Source of the DNA: Patescibacteria group bacterium
GTDB lineage: Bacteria > Patescibacteriota > WWE3 > UBA101185 > UBA10185
Direction: 5' to 3'
DNA: 64,000 nt
Assembly: GCA_016926555.1 (NCBI GenBank)
Contig: JAFGOI010000004.1
Coordinates: forward strand, 168,996 to 232,995
Numbering within the stretch: position 1 is the stretch's first letter; the number at the start of each line of letters is the position of its first letter. The position numbers were made by a program, and so were the translations under genes. Below are positions 31,260 to 40,483 of the stretch, in pieces. The notes below the pieces were generated by a model. That model was given only the letters and a program-made list of their open reading frames with translations. It did not search any database and was not told the DNA's origin.

Positions 31260-32450
31260 ATGAAGAAAAGATGGGTGTTATCTTCCTTAATTATGTTTGT
31301 GCTAGCTGTGGTTGTTTTGGATGCTTTTTATATTCCTCAGTTTAAGCGGTTTAGTGGGATTGGTAATATCCATGATCCATTTTCAATTAAAACAATTAAG
31401 GAACGGTTTTTTTCCTCGAAAATGTGTTATGTAAAAGATGAATTAGAGTATTTTTATTATGAGGATAAAGGTGAACTTTGGGAGCCTAATAATAAATTCG
31501 GATTGTACATATACGCTGAGGATCGGGATTTCTTTGAAATTGCCCAGGAACTTGTGAATTCTAATGGTGGCGAGTGGGGTTATGTTCTGATTCCATATAA
31601 TATGGATGATAGGGATGTAGATAAGTGGAATAGAGTGTTTGGGCAGCTTATAAATAAGCAGCTGATTCCTATTATCCAGCTGTGGAAGCTTGATAAAGAC
31701 AGTTACAAGGAACAAACAGAGGAGGTCGCTGAATTCTTAAACAGATTTGTTTGGCCAATAAAACAAAGATATATAAGCGTTTACAACGAGCCTAATGACG
31801 CCGATTTTTGGTATGGAGAGGTAAATCCTGAAGAATATGCAAAAATACTTGATTACACAATAAATACTTTTAAAAGAACAAATCGGGACTACTTTATGCT
31901 AAATGGCGCTTTCAATATAAGCGCTTCGAAGGGTTACAGCACCATGGACGCCTTTGAGTATATGAAAAGGATGGATGAGGAGATACCTGGAATTTTCTCA
32001 AAATTGGATGGATGGGCATCCCATCCATATCCCCAGCCGAATTTTAGTGGGAGCCCTCAGAATGAAGGAAGATGGAGTATAAAAGCTTATGAAAAAGAAT
32101 TGGAATTTTTACGCAATGATTTGGATATACAGAAGGATTTGCCCGTTTTTATCACGGAAACCGGGTGGGCGCATGCGGAAGGGCAGAATTATAACAGTTC
32201 GTATTTTACTGTGGATGAAATTGCAGACTATTTTGAAGAAGCCTATAAGGAGGTTTGGTTAAAAGATGAGAGAGTGCGCGCTGTAACACCTTTTACAATA
32301 AGGTATAATCCTCCGTATGATCACTTTTCCTGGATAAATGAAGATAAGGTGCCATATAGACATTATGAGAAGGTACAGGAAATGGAAAAGGAAAAAGGAG
32401 ATCCTCCAAAGATAAACCCTGCCAGTGTCTCTTTTGGAGAGTGTGAGTAA
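31260..32450 (+). CDS. Clan GH-A (GH5-like) glycoside hydrolase (membrane anchored)
   Basis: N-terminal TM. 'SVYNEPND' (acid/base NEP), 'WASHPYP' (HxY) and 'VFITETGW' (nucleophile TExG) at GH5-like spacing. Confidence 0.5.
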   Translation: MKKRWVLSSLIMFVLAVVVLDAFYIPQFKRFSGIGNIHDPFSIKTIKERFFSSKMCYVKDELEYFYYEDKGELWEPNNKFGLYIYAEDRDFFEIAQELVNSNGGEWGYVLIPYNMDDRDVDKWNRVFGQLINKQLIPIIQLWKLDKDSYKEQTEEVAEFLNRFVWPIKQRYISVYNEPNDADFWYGEVNPEEYAKILDYTINTFKRTNRDYFMLNGAFNISASKGYSTMDAFEYMKRMDEEIPGIFSKLDGWASHPYPQPNFSGSPQNEGRWSIKAYEKELEFLRNDLDIQKDLPVFITETGWAHAEGQNYNSSYFTVDEIADYFEEAYKEVWLKDERVRAVTPFTIRYNPPYDHFSWINEDKVPYRHYEKVQEMEKEKGDPPKINPASVSFGECE

Positions 32451-33727
32451 TGGCTAAAGAACCTTCCACGAAAAGAAAAGTTGCAAGTAACACTTTTTAC
32501 CAGCTTGCGGGTAAAGGTGTAAGTATGTCTATAACGGTTCTGGCGACTATGATTGTTGCTAAGATGTACGGTAGGGAAGACTATGGGAATTTTAGCTTAA
32601 TGCAAAGCTGGCCGGCTTTCTTTTTTATTATTGCCGATTTTGGGATTAACGCGATATCTGTGCGGGAATTGGCTAAAGATTGGAGTAAGGTGGATAAATA
32701 TTTTAATAGTGTGCTAGTACTTCGGACTGTTTTTTCAATATTTCTGGTTATTTTGCTAAGTGGGGTACTACTTCTGTTTCCGTACTCAAGTGATTTAATA
32801 TTCGGAATTAGACTTAGCTTACTTTTGATACTGACTCAAAGCCTTTATTCAACAACAAATATAGTTTTTCAGTCTCAAATGAGATATGACTACTCTACCG
32901 TAGGGTATATTAGCGGGTATGTTGTTATTTTGTTGCTGATATTGATTACATCTTTTCTAGATGTAGATATTGTTTGGTTTAATTTCAGCTATGTCGTAGG
33001 CGGTTTGTGTACTTTTCTGGTTAATATGCGATATGTAAAGAAGCTCGGGATTAGGGTTACCTACAAAATTGACAAACGTTTATGTAAAAGTATTATTTTA
33101 CAGTCTTTGCCTTTAGGATTAATGTTTATTTTTAGCCAGATGAGTTTTAAAGAGGACGCAATTATGCTCTCTTTTCTGAGATTACCGGCTAGCTACGGTC
33201 TAAATAATACAGAATCAGTTGCAGTGTATTCTTTGCCGTATAAGGTGTTTGAAGTCACATTGGTCGTCCCAACTTTTTTTATGAATGCGGCTTTTCCGGT
33301 TTTGGTAAAACATATGGAAAGGGGACAAAAGAAGCTGAAGAAAACGTTAAGAGCTATCTTAGAATATATGGTAGTTGGGGGAGTAGGGTCAGGTATACTT
33401 GTGTATAATTTTGCACCTAGAATAGTTGAGATTCTAGGAGGTAGTGAATTTAATGAATCAATAAGTGTTCTGAGAATATTATCGCTTGGATTTGTATTAT
33501 TTTATATAACATCTCCCCTATCGTGGCTAATAGTAGCTTTTGAAAAGCAGAGTGAACTTCCGAAGATATATGCAGCGAGTGCCTTGTTTAATCTTGTATC
33601 CAACCTAATCTTTATACCGATATATTCATTTTATGCGGCGACAGTAATAACCCTATTATCGGAACTCCTGGGTTTGATTCTTCTTATTTATTCAGTAATG
33701 AAAATGTGGCGGATGAGATATGCTTAA
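32450..33727 (+). CDS. Polysaccharide biosynthesis protein / Wzx-type flippase (MOP superfamily)
   Basis: 425 aa, about 12 TM. N-terminal 'NTFYQLAGKGVSMSITVLATMIVAKMYGREDYG' is typical of PST-family flippases. ATGA overlap with the upstream GH5-like gene. Confidence 0.7.
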   Translation: MAKEPSTKRKVASNTFYQLAGKGVSMSITVLATMIVAKMYGREDYGNFSLMQSWPAFFFIIADFGINAISVRELAKDWSKVDKYFNSVLVLRTVFSIFLVILLSGVLLLFPYSSDLIFGIRLSLLLILTQSLYSTTNIVFQSQMRYDYSTVGYISGYVVILLLILITSFLDVDIVWFNFSYVVGGLCTFLVNMRYVKKLGIRVTYKIDKRLCKSIILQSLPLGLMFIFSQMSFKEDAIMLSFLRLPASYGLNNTESVAVYSLPYKVFEVTLVVPTFFMNAAFPVLVKHMERGQKKLKKTLRAILEYMVVGGVGSGILVYNFAPRIVEILGGSEFNESISVLRILSLGFVLFYITSPLSWLIVAFEKQSELPKIYAASALFNLVSNLIFIPIYSFYAATVITLLSELLGLILLIYSVMKMWRMRYA

Positions 33728-34907
33728 TTATTTATATTATTTATGTGTCCTTGCCCTTTCTCTTGGTCAGTTCAGTAGTATTAGCAAATCAGGAGGTATA
33801 AATATATATGTTTTTGATGTTTTGGTATTGGTTTTCTTTTTTGTTGGTTTTATATATTTAGCTTTAGTTAAAAGGACTTTTTATATATCCAGGTTGTTCA
33901 TGCCTTTTGTGTTATTCTCGGTAGTAGCAGCGATTTCGTTAATAATAAACTCTTATAAATATTCCGAGAGAGAGGTATTATCGGCCTTTTTCTATTTCTT
34001 AAGATATGTCTCTTATTTGGGCTCCGGAATTGTCTTGGAAAATATGAAGCGTATTAAAATGATAGGTTCAAAAGATATTTACAAAGCGTTTATTTTATCA
34101 GGTGTGTTTTTGTCTCTGGCGGGATTTATACAATTAGTGGTACTGCCTGATTTTGAGGTTCTTGAATCGTCTCTGGGATGGGATCCTCATAAGAACCGCC
34201 TAGCGTCCACATTTTTCGACCCAAACTTTCTCGGGGTCTATTTAGTTATGTGTTTAGGTATTTTGTTTAACAAACATTTTGAAGGAGATAAACTCAGTTT
34301 GGTCGATATTGCGGCTGGAGTTTTTATTCTGCTGGCGATAATTCTGACTTTTTCGCGCAGCACGTGGCTAATGCTCGCCGTGATGGTCTTGTTATATGGA
34401 ATAGTGAAGTCACGAGTGCTATTTATCTTATCTTTGTTCCTATTATTTTCTACTTATTATTTTATTCCAAGAGTTCAGACCAGAATATCCGGGATAACTG
34501 ATCCCGCGGATTCGGCTCATTATAGATTAATTTCCTGGAGGAATACTCTGGAAATTATTGAAGATAACTGGTTATTTGGTGTTGGTTTCAATGCTTATAG
34601 ATACGTTCAAAAGGAATACGGTTTCTTAGATTTTGATACTTATTTGGATCATTCTGGCGCGGGATCTGATTCCAGTTTTCTATTTGTTGTGGCGACGTCA
34701 GGTGTATTTGGGCTTCTAGCCTTTCTGTATGGATTCTTCCAGCCGCTTTATATTTCAGCAAGATCCCCGTCCGGTAAAAATATGTTGTACATACTCTTGA
34801 CGGTGGGATTATTTGTTGAAGCTCAGTTTATAAATTCCATGTTTTTCCCTCAGATAATGTTCGTGTATTATTCTTTACTCTCTAGTGACTCTTTTGTTCG
34901 TACTTGA
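33720..34907 (+). CDS. O-antigen ligase / polymerase-like membrane protein (Wzy_C)
   Basis: 395 aa polytopic. 'TFSRSTWLMLAVMVLLYGI' is Wzy_C-like with a large periplasmic loop. Overlaps the flippase by 8 nt. Confidence 0.55.
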   Translation: MLNYLYYLCVLALSLGQFSSISKSGGINIYVFDVLVLVFFFVGFIYLALVKRTFYISRLFMPFVLFSVVAAISLIINSYKYSEREVLSAFFYFLRYVSYLGSGIVLENMKRIKMIGSKDIYKAFILSGVFLSLAGFIQLVVLPDFEVLESSLGWDPHKNRLASTFFDPNFLGVYLVMCLGILFNKHFEGDKLSLVDIAAGVFILLAIILTFSRSTWLMLAVMVLLYGIVKSRVLFILSLFLLFSTYYFIPRVQTRISGITDPADSAHYRLISWRNTLEIIEDNWLFGVGFNAYRYVQKEYGFLDFDTYLDHSGAGSDSSFLFVVATSGVFGLLAFLYGFFQPLYISARSPSGKNMLYILLTVGLFVEAQFINSMFFPQIMFVYYSLLSSDSFVRT

Positions 34908-35622
34908 CTTTAATGCTTTCTATAGAGTCATTCCCTGCTTCATCAATAGCTTTTACTTTGATTTCAATCCATCCCTCGTTGACTCCCAAAAGGTATTCGT
35001 AGGAGTAATCCGGTTTTTGGATTACCATCCTGTCATTTATTAGAATTTGAGCTTTTTCGTTTATTTTTCCTGATATTTCGATTCTTTTATCCAAGTTTTT
35101 AATTGTTTCATTATCTTTTGGTTTATCTATCTCAATTTCCGGTTTTTCTTTGTCAAGAATAATAATAAGGGTTTGAGATTTGTCACTTTCGTTTCCCTGC
35201 GAGTCTTCTACTTTCGCAAAGAGTGTATTTCTTCCGGGAATTAATTTCACCTCTGAAAATGTGAAAATGCCATCATTATCTACTGTTGTTTCCTCTTTTT
35301 CAGGCCCGTTGACAAATAATTTTACTTTCATGCCCTTTTGTGCGTACCCTTGTAAAGTGACTTTATCGTCTTTACTTGCAGTTGGGGGATTGGAAAAAAC
35401 CGGAGTGTTGGGTTTAATCAACGGTACCTCACCCGGGTCGTTTCTGTGAACTGAAAGAAATCCCAGTAAGTAGCCTATTTGTGGCGCAAAAAAAGTTAGA
35501 GAAACAACGGCAACTAAGCTTACTATTAATATACCAAGGACGGCGATTTTGAGTCTTTTGTAGTAATCAGGTTGTTTGGAAGCGCTCCTTAGATTTCCAG
35601 GTGTATTTTTTACCACATGCAA
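34882..35622 (-). CDS. Membrane-anchored protein with Ig-like (Big) beta-sandwich domains
   Basis: N-terminal TM 'LKIAVLGILIVSLVAVVSL', then two segments of about 90 aa rich in T/V/K/E/G typical of bacterial Ig-like folds. Confidence 0.4.
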   Translation of the reverse strand: MHVVKNTPGNLRSASKQPDYYKRLKIAVLGILIVSLVAVVSLTFFAPQIGYLLGFLSVHRNDPGEVPLIKPNTPVFSNPPTASKDDKVTLQGYAQKGMKVKLFVNGPEKEETTVDNDGIFTFSEVKLIPGRNTLFAKVEDSQGNESDKSQTLIIILDKEKPEIEIDKPKDNETIKNLDKRIEISGKINEKAQILINDRMVIQKPDYSYEYLLGVNEGWIEIKVKAIDEAGNDSIESIKVKYEQKSH

Positions 35623-35628
35623 ATTCTA

Positions 35629-36528
35629 TCACGATTCTGATGCTTCATTTTTTATGAAATCCAGTATCTTTTCTCTTAAGTCATCTCTTCTTAGTGCGAA
35701 TTTTATCGAGGTTTTAAGGTATCTTAAAGGATCCCCTGTTGTCAGCCATTCACCTTTAATTGGGGGAGCAATTACTTTTTTACCTTCATGCGCGAGCTCG
35801 TTAAGAATATCCGATACCCATAATTCATTGTCTTTACCGGGTTTCGTCTCTTCAGCCTTTCTGATTACATCATACGAAAAGACGAATCTGCCAAATTGAA
35901 CTTTGTTAGAATACGCTTCTTCTTTTGGCAATTTCTCCATAATTCCTTCTACTTCGCATCCATTTTCATCCTTGTATTTTACTGTGCCGTATCTATCCAC
36001 TTCTTCCCAAGGTACTTCTTGAACACCTACTGCGGCTACGGCATTATGCTCTAGATATGCGTCTATAAGTTGTTTGGTGATTGGAGGGAACCCGTTGCAC
36101 CATGTTAGGTCGTCAGCGAACATATAAACGAAGGAATCATTCTCATCAATTAATTCTTTTATAGCTATTAAAGGAGAGCCGTTTCCGTAGGGAAGGTGTC
36201 CCTTTTGCCTTACGTAGACAAAATTAGCCATTTGAGGAATATTTCGGACCATTTCCAGCCGCTTTGTTTTTCTGGATGATTCTAATTGGGCCTCCAGTTC
36301 GTATCTGTTATCAAAATAATCCTCAATAAGGTGATTTCCAAATCTAGTGACTAATATTATATCCCGTATACCGGAATTTACTGCTTCTTCCACCACATAA
36401 TGGAGAATCGGTTTGTCGATTATCGGGAGCATCTCTTTTGGCTGGTTTTTTGTTGCCGGTAAAAATCTGGTTCCGAATCCAGCCGCAATTATAACTGCCT
36501 TTGTTATTTGTGTCTGGGGATTTTCCAT
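35629..36528 (-). CDS. galU: UTP--glucose-1-phosphate uridylyltransferase (GalU)
   Basis: 'KAVIIAAGFGTRFLPATKNQPKEMLPIIDKP' nucleotidyltransferase signature. 299 aa. Confidence 0.9.
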   Translation of the reverse strand: MENPQTQITKAVIIAAGFGTRFLPATKNQPKEMLPIIDKPILHYVVEEAVNSGIRDIILVTRFGNHLIEDYFDNRYELEAQLESSRKTKRLEMVRNIPQMANFVYVRQKGHLPYGNGSPLIAIKELIDENDSFVYMFADDLTWCNGFPPITKQLIDAYLEHNAVAAVGVQEVPWEEVDRYGTVKYKDENGCEVEGIMEKLPKEEAYSNKVQFGRFVFSYDVIRKAEETKPGKDNELWVSDILNELAHEGKKVIAPPIKGEWLTTGDPLRYLKTSIKFALRRDDLREKILDFIKNEASES

Positions 36529-36580
36529 AGTTGTATGATTATACCATTTAGTGGCTCGCTATATTTCAGGGGGCAGCTTC

Positions 36581-37231
36581 TTATCCCCATTTTATTTTTG
36601 GTGATGTTTTTTTGTCTTGAGGATTCCACAAAGGGGATACTTCCACTGCTGCTACAAATCCAATATCAGTTCGTTCTGTTGGGATTCTGCGAAGTTTTGG
36701 GTCGCCTTTACCGTAGAGAGGATCCCAAACGACAAGAGCGGTATTATCTTCCGAGTGTCCAATAGCTAAAACGGCATGACGTTCAGTATCTAACAGGATG
36801 GATGCGATCATACCACTGTTAATCAGGCGTACCAGGCCATCTCCGGTATGCTCATTCTCTTGTATATACGGTACGAGAGTTTCTATTTGTCTGGCAGTGC
36901 CTGCTCTTTCACGCAGTATGTTGCGCGCAGTGTGGTTGCTTAGCCAGGGTTCTTGATATTCTTCCTTCAACATTCTAGCTCCGTTCATAATACCTGATAA
37001 TGAGATTACATTTCTCTGAGCATGTTCAGGTATTCTATCCTCTTTTGCTAGATACATTTGTGCTGCAACAGCAAGATATAGACATGCATCTGCATCCGTT
37101 TGAATTTGACCTTTAAACACTTTGGGTTGTATTGACAAAATATCTGTATTCCGTAGCGTTTCACCGGGGACATCCTTTAGACTTTCAGGATCATCTTGAG
37201 GTATTTCGCCAAAGCGTATTCTATTAGGCAT
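36581..37231 (-). CDS. Papain-like (peptidase C39-like) cysteine peptidase domain protein
   Basis: 'GQIQTDADACLYLAVAAQMY' (Gln...Cys) and 'HAVLAIGHSEDNTALVVWDPLYG' (His, Asp). No fused ABC transporter. Confidence 0.4.
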   Translation of the reverse strand: MPNRIRFGEIPQDDPESLKDVPGETLRNTDILSIQPKVFKGQIQTDADACLYLAVAAQMYLAKEDRIPEHAQRNVISLSGIMNGARMLKEEYQEPWLSNHTARNILRERAGTARQIETLVPYIQENEHTGDGLVRLINSGMIASILLDTERHAVLAIGHSEDNTALVVWDPLYGKGDPKLRRIPTERTDIGFVAAVEVSPLWNPQDKKTSPKIKWG

Positions 37232-37258
37232 GTTGTAATTCTATCATTTCACTATAAA

Positions 37259-37333
37259 TGGAGCCAGAGGTGGGATTCGAACCCACGGCCTGACGTTTAC
37301 GATACGCCTGCTCTACCCCTGAGCTACTCTGGC
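37259..37333 (-). tRNA. tRNA-Thr (anticodon CGT), CCA encoded
   Basis: Reverse complement folds as GCCAGAG-TA-GCTC-AGGGGTA-GAGC-A-GGCGT-ATCGTAA-ACGTC-AGGCC-GTGGG-TTCGAAT-CCCAC-CTCTGGC-T-CCA. Confidence 0.85.
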
Positions 37334-37445
37334 AATACTTGTGGAACCTTTTTGGTTATATAACTTCTCTAGCCGAATAATTCTCCATTTCATGACAGAA
37401 AACTCACTTTGAGGCATTTTTGGACCTTAAAACAGCTAAAAAACC

Positions 37446-37521
37446 ATGGAGCGAGTGACGGGTTTCGAACCCGCGACCTTCTGCTTGGGAAGCAGATGCT
37501 CTGCCAACTGAGCTACACTCG
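37446..37521 (-). tRNA. tRNA-Gly (anticodon CCC), CCA encoded
   Basis: Reverse complement folds as GCGAGTG-TA-GCTC-AGTTGGCA-GAGC-A-TCTGC-TTCCCAA-GCAGA-AGGTC-GCGGG-TTCGAAA-CCCGT-CACTCGC-T-CCA. Confidence 0.85.
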
Positions 37522-37631
37522 CTTGATTCAAAAAAAAACACAAGAAAATTATACAGCAATCCCCTCCCTCCCGAGTACTCGGGATCTGCGGAGGGGAACC
37601 GCTATCAGAGAAGTAATCAAGTTTATTAATA

Positions 37632-38108
37632 TTAAGGCAGAACCAGGACCTGGCCCGGCATTATGAGAGCCTGTTGGCCATTTGGAAGATAACCAACGCT
37701 ATCAGGGTTCGCATTGAGTATCTTCACCCAGTCTAAACCATTTCCGTAAACTGCCTCGGAGATTTCCCATAAAGTATCACCGGCTTTTACTGTGTATGTT
37801 TTTCCGGCGATGTCTCCTTCTTTATAGTCAGTAGCTTGCCATGAGGGTGTGGTAATCTGTGCCCCTCCCGGCTGCTGTTGAGCTTCTTCTGTACTTGTGG
37901 AAATCCCTTCTCCGATGAGTTCACCTTCTCTTGTACTTTTGCCCTTAACCTCTTCGGTTCCCCCGCTTTTTGATCCCAGTCCATTGCTTAAATTATCGGT
38001 TTTATTGAAATAGTTATAGGCTGCAAATACAAGGGCGAGAATAAATAGTCCCCCTACAATTAATGCCAATCCATCTTTCTGTTCAGTTTGTGCCATCTGC
38101 TTTAACAC
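37632..38108 (-). CDS. LysM peptidoglycan-binding domain protein (membrane anchored)
   Basis: N-terminal TM. C-terminal LysM 'YTVKAGDTLWEISEAVYGNGLDWVKILNANPD'. Confidence 0.75.
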   Translation of the reverse strand: MLKQMAQTEQKDGLALIVGGLFILALVFAAYNYFNKTDNLSNGLGSKSGGTEEVKGKSTREGELIGEGISTSTEEAQQQPGGAQITTPSWQATDYKEGDIAGKTYTVKAGDTLWEISEAVYGNGLDWVKILNANPDSVGYLPNGQQALIMPGQVLVLP

Positions 38109-38281
38109 CTCCTTTTTAATTTTTAGTGTTTATCGTTCACTTTTGGGGCAGGAAATACACAAATTTGTGATGGTCTAATTTATATTATATTGGTTATTTT
38201 GGAATTGTCATGTATGTATTTGTAGAATTGCTAATCATTTGGAAAAATATAAATGATAAAATATTGAATATATGATTGTGA

Positions 38282-38587
38282 GTGGAAAGGCAGGTGATTG
38301 GTCTGTTATCCAAATTACCAATAGATTTAAATAAAATTGGCAAAGACAATATTGATTCGGAAATACTTAGGGCGGGAATAATTGCAGAATTAGACGCTAT
38401 TAATCTTTATGAACAAATGTCTGAGATGGCGGTGGATAAACATCTCAAAGATCTTTTGTTAGATATTGCTAGAGAAGAAAAAACCCACGTTGGAGAGTTT
38501 CAGGCGTTATTATTACGGGTTGATAAAGAGCAGGAGAAAGAGTTGGAGAAGGGAAGAGAGGAGATGGAGGAGATTTTGGAGAAATAA
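38282..38587 (+). CDS. Small ferritin-like (half diiron site, EncFtn/rubrerythrin-like) protein
   Basis: 101 aa with a GTG start. 'AELDAINLYEQMSE...DIAREEKTHVGEF' matches the E...ExxH pattern of about 100-aa encapsulated-ferritin-like proteins. No C-terminal encapsulin targeting peptide is present. Confidence 0.45.
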   Translation: MERQVIGLLSKLPIDLNKIGKDNIDSEILRAGIIAELDAINLYEQMSEMAVDKHLKDLLLDIAREEKTHVGEFQALLLRVDKEQEKELEKGREEMEEILEK

Positions 38588-38618
38588 AAAACGACTCATT
38601 TCTGAGTCGTTTCTTATA
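38588..38618 (+). terminator. Hairpin terminator candidate after the ferritin-like gene
   Basis: Perfect 9-bp stem 'aacgactca/tgagtcgtt' with a tttc loop immediately after the TAA stop, followed by 'ttcttat'. The T-tract is weak. Confidence 0.4.
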
Positions 38619-38744
38619 CAAAATCAACCAAATCAAGTTGATTACCTTTGTGTATACGTATTCATAGGCTTGTTTCACTCCTACTATTTTCACCCTTGCG
38701 GGGCAAAAACTACGTATACTTCACTGACAACAGGAAAGTAAGTA

Positions 38745-38969
38745 TCACTCCCGTCTTCTGGACAGTGGCCCTTCTTCCGTTAGCGTCCAGGTGCCCTCGG
38801 CTTCTTGCTTAAGGTCATAGGTAACACCATTTAGCACAATGGCAAACCATAGCCTGCCCGGCACGAGCAAGATGACGATATTTACTTCCACACGTTTCCC
38901 GTTAAGTTTGAAAGATTTGGGTTCTCCCTTTTCGAGTTTTACATCTGTTACAGTTACAGTCCCTTTCAA
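38745..38969 (-). CDS. Hypothetical 74-aa protein
   Basis: TTG start preceded by a strong SD 'GGGAGGTGA' at 5-7 nt. No recognisable domain. Confidence 0.4.
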   Translation of the reverse strand: MKGTVTVTDVKLEKGEPKSFKLNGKRVEVNIVILLVPGRLWFAIVLNGVTYDLKQEAEGTWTLTEEGPLSRRRE

Positions 38970-39109
38970 CTTTACTCACCTCCCTTTACAATGTATTGTT
39001 TGTTAAACCGATAGTGCGAATTATATCATAAAAGTACGTATGTGACGCAACATAAGTTTATAAGAAAGTAGACAGGATTAATAGTTGCTATAGCTTAATC
39101 GTGTGTGAG

Positions 39110-39382
39110 TTAATGTCTAAGGGGAGTGCTAGGGGCAATATGAATTAAGGAGAGAAACAATAACGTTAAAATCATTATGACAATAAGTATATAGAAGTTT
39201 ATAGCTTGTTTTTTTGTCATAGTGTGATGGCTTAAATCGGCATAGGTGTAGTCTTTTAATCTATCATTTATTGTTATTTGTGGATTTAGTTCGAGTATTT
39301 TCTTAATAAAAACTGATATTTGTTCCTGATTACCGCGATGTGCCCGTAAAAAAGGAGTATTACAGTGTCCGTTGTTTTTCAT
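39110..39382 (-). CDS. Hypothetical 90-aa protein with C-terminal TM
   Basis: ORF with hydrophobic 'FYILIVIMILTLLFLSLIHI'. No homolog recognised. Confidence 0.3.
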   Translation of the reverse strand: MKNNGHCNTPFLRAHRGNQEQISVFIKKILELNPQITINDRLKDYTYADLSHHTMTKKQAINFYILIVIMILTLLFLSLIHIAPSTPLRH

Positions 39383-39548
39383 TGATGTATGTTATCAGGT
39401 TTGAGTAAAAAATAATCATCCGGGAGTGTGTAATAGGTACTGTTTGTCTAAAGAGTTTTGCTTCGGTTCGGTATTCTCGTCCCTATCCATTGTTTCCACT
39501 AAAAAGAAAGACTGGTTAATACCTAAAGGCATTACCAAGTTTTCCTTA

Positions 39549-39625
39549 TGGCGGGACCGACGGGGCTCGAACCCGCGACCTCTTGCGTGACAGGCAAGCG
39601 CTCTAACCGACTGAGCTACGGCCCC
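39549..39625 (-). tRNA. tRNA-Asp (anticodon GTC), CCA encoded
   Basis: Reverse complement folds as GGGGCCG-TA-GCTC-AGTCGGTTA-GAGC-G-CTTGC-CTGTCAC-GCAAG-AGGTC-GCGGG-TTCGAGC-CCCGT-CGGTCCC-G-CCA. Confidence 0.85.
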
Positions 39626-39766
39626 ATAAAAGCTATAAGTATGAGCAAAAAGATGTTATCAACTTTATACTTTAAGGTCAATAATACCTTAATTTTTCCT
39701 CTAAGCGTCCTCTTAATGCAATTCTTGCTAAAAATCAACTATTAAAATACTATTTACATAGAATTT

Positions 39767-40450
39767 ATGTGGTTATATAAGCCATATCTCAAAAATGCCA
39801 TATTTACAACATTAGTTGTATTTTTGCTTATAACGATAAGTTTTCTAATAATTTTTAGTGGGAGTCAAAGCAAAAAAACAGAGTTTCTTTATGCCCGAAA
39901 TCGCGTATTACAAGACGAAGTCAATAGACTAGGCAATAAATTTACAAGAGAGGAAGTCGTGTGCGAGCTGGACGATGAAAAAGCTATATGTAACATAAAT
40001 AATATGCGCCTAAACTGCGATCTTAAAGAATATACTCCCGTAGATAAAGATCAAAATTGCTGTGAGGATCAATGTTTGACGGTAAGTAGTTATGGAATGG
40101 AGGGGTATGCAAAGTTAACGGGTTACTATAAACCTGTAATGATTGACGATGGATATGGTTTAGTGGAGTGTTCTGGGTTTGTAGTAAAAGCAGGTTCGGT
40201 GCCCTTAATACGAAACAGCAAGGAAAAAGGCCATGTTGTGTATGATCCAAGGGGTGAAGTTGTCTTAAAGATAACTATACCCGCGGGTGATAATTTAAAA
40301 GAATACGATAGAAAACTTCTCAAGGAATCCAATGCGGATAATCAAGTTGAAATTGGTATTTTAAAGCTTACTTCACTTGAAAAAGAAGTTGGATCTTGTT
40401 ACAGCGATTATAATATTGTGAATGTAAGGCCGTTGACTGTAAAAGAATAA
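39767..40450 (+). CDS. Hypothetical membrane-anchored, Cys-containing extracytoplasmic protein
   Basis: N-terminal TM 'IFTTLVVFLLITISFLIIF' with eight Cys in the ectodomain. No domain recognised. Confidence 0.4.
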   Translation: MWLYKPYLKNAIFTTLVVFLLITISFLIIFSGSQSKKTEFLYARNRVLQDEVNRLGNKFTREEVVCELDDEKAICNINNMRLNCDLKEYTPVDKDQNCCEDQCLTVSSYGMEGYAKLTGYYKPVMIDDGYGLVECSGFVVKAGSVPLIRNSKEKGHVVYDPRGEVVLKITIPAGDNLKEYDRKLLKESNADNQVEIGILKLTSLEKEVGSCYSDYNIVNVRPLTVKE

Positions 40451-40483
40451 TTCAAGTTGTTGTTCTTATGTTAAAATTTTAGC

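Noticed and set aside
37409-37666. 85-aa plus-strand ORF overlapping tRNA-Gly, and the 65-aa ORF at 39548..39745 overlapping tRNA-Asp
   Set aside because: Both overlap confidently folded tRNA genes on the other strand and have no coding features.
38745-38969. Small 74-aa ORF as an encapsulin-related cargo or partner of the ferritin-like gene
   Set aside because: It does not resemble HK97-fold shell proteins (it is too short) and no targeting-peptide-like motif is present. It is kept only as a hypothetical CDS on the strength of its SD.
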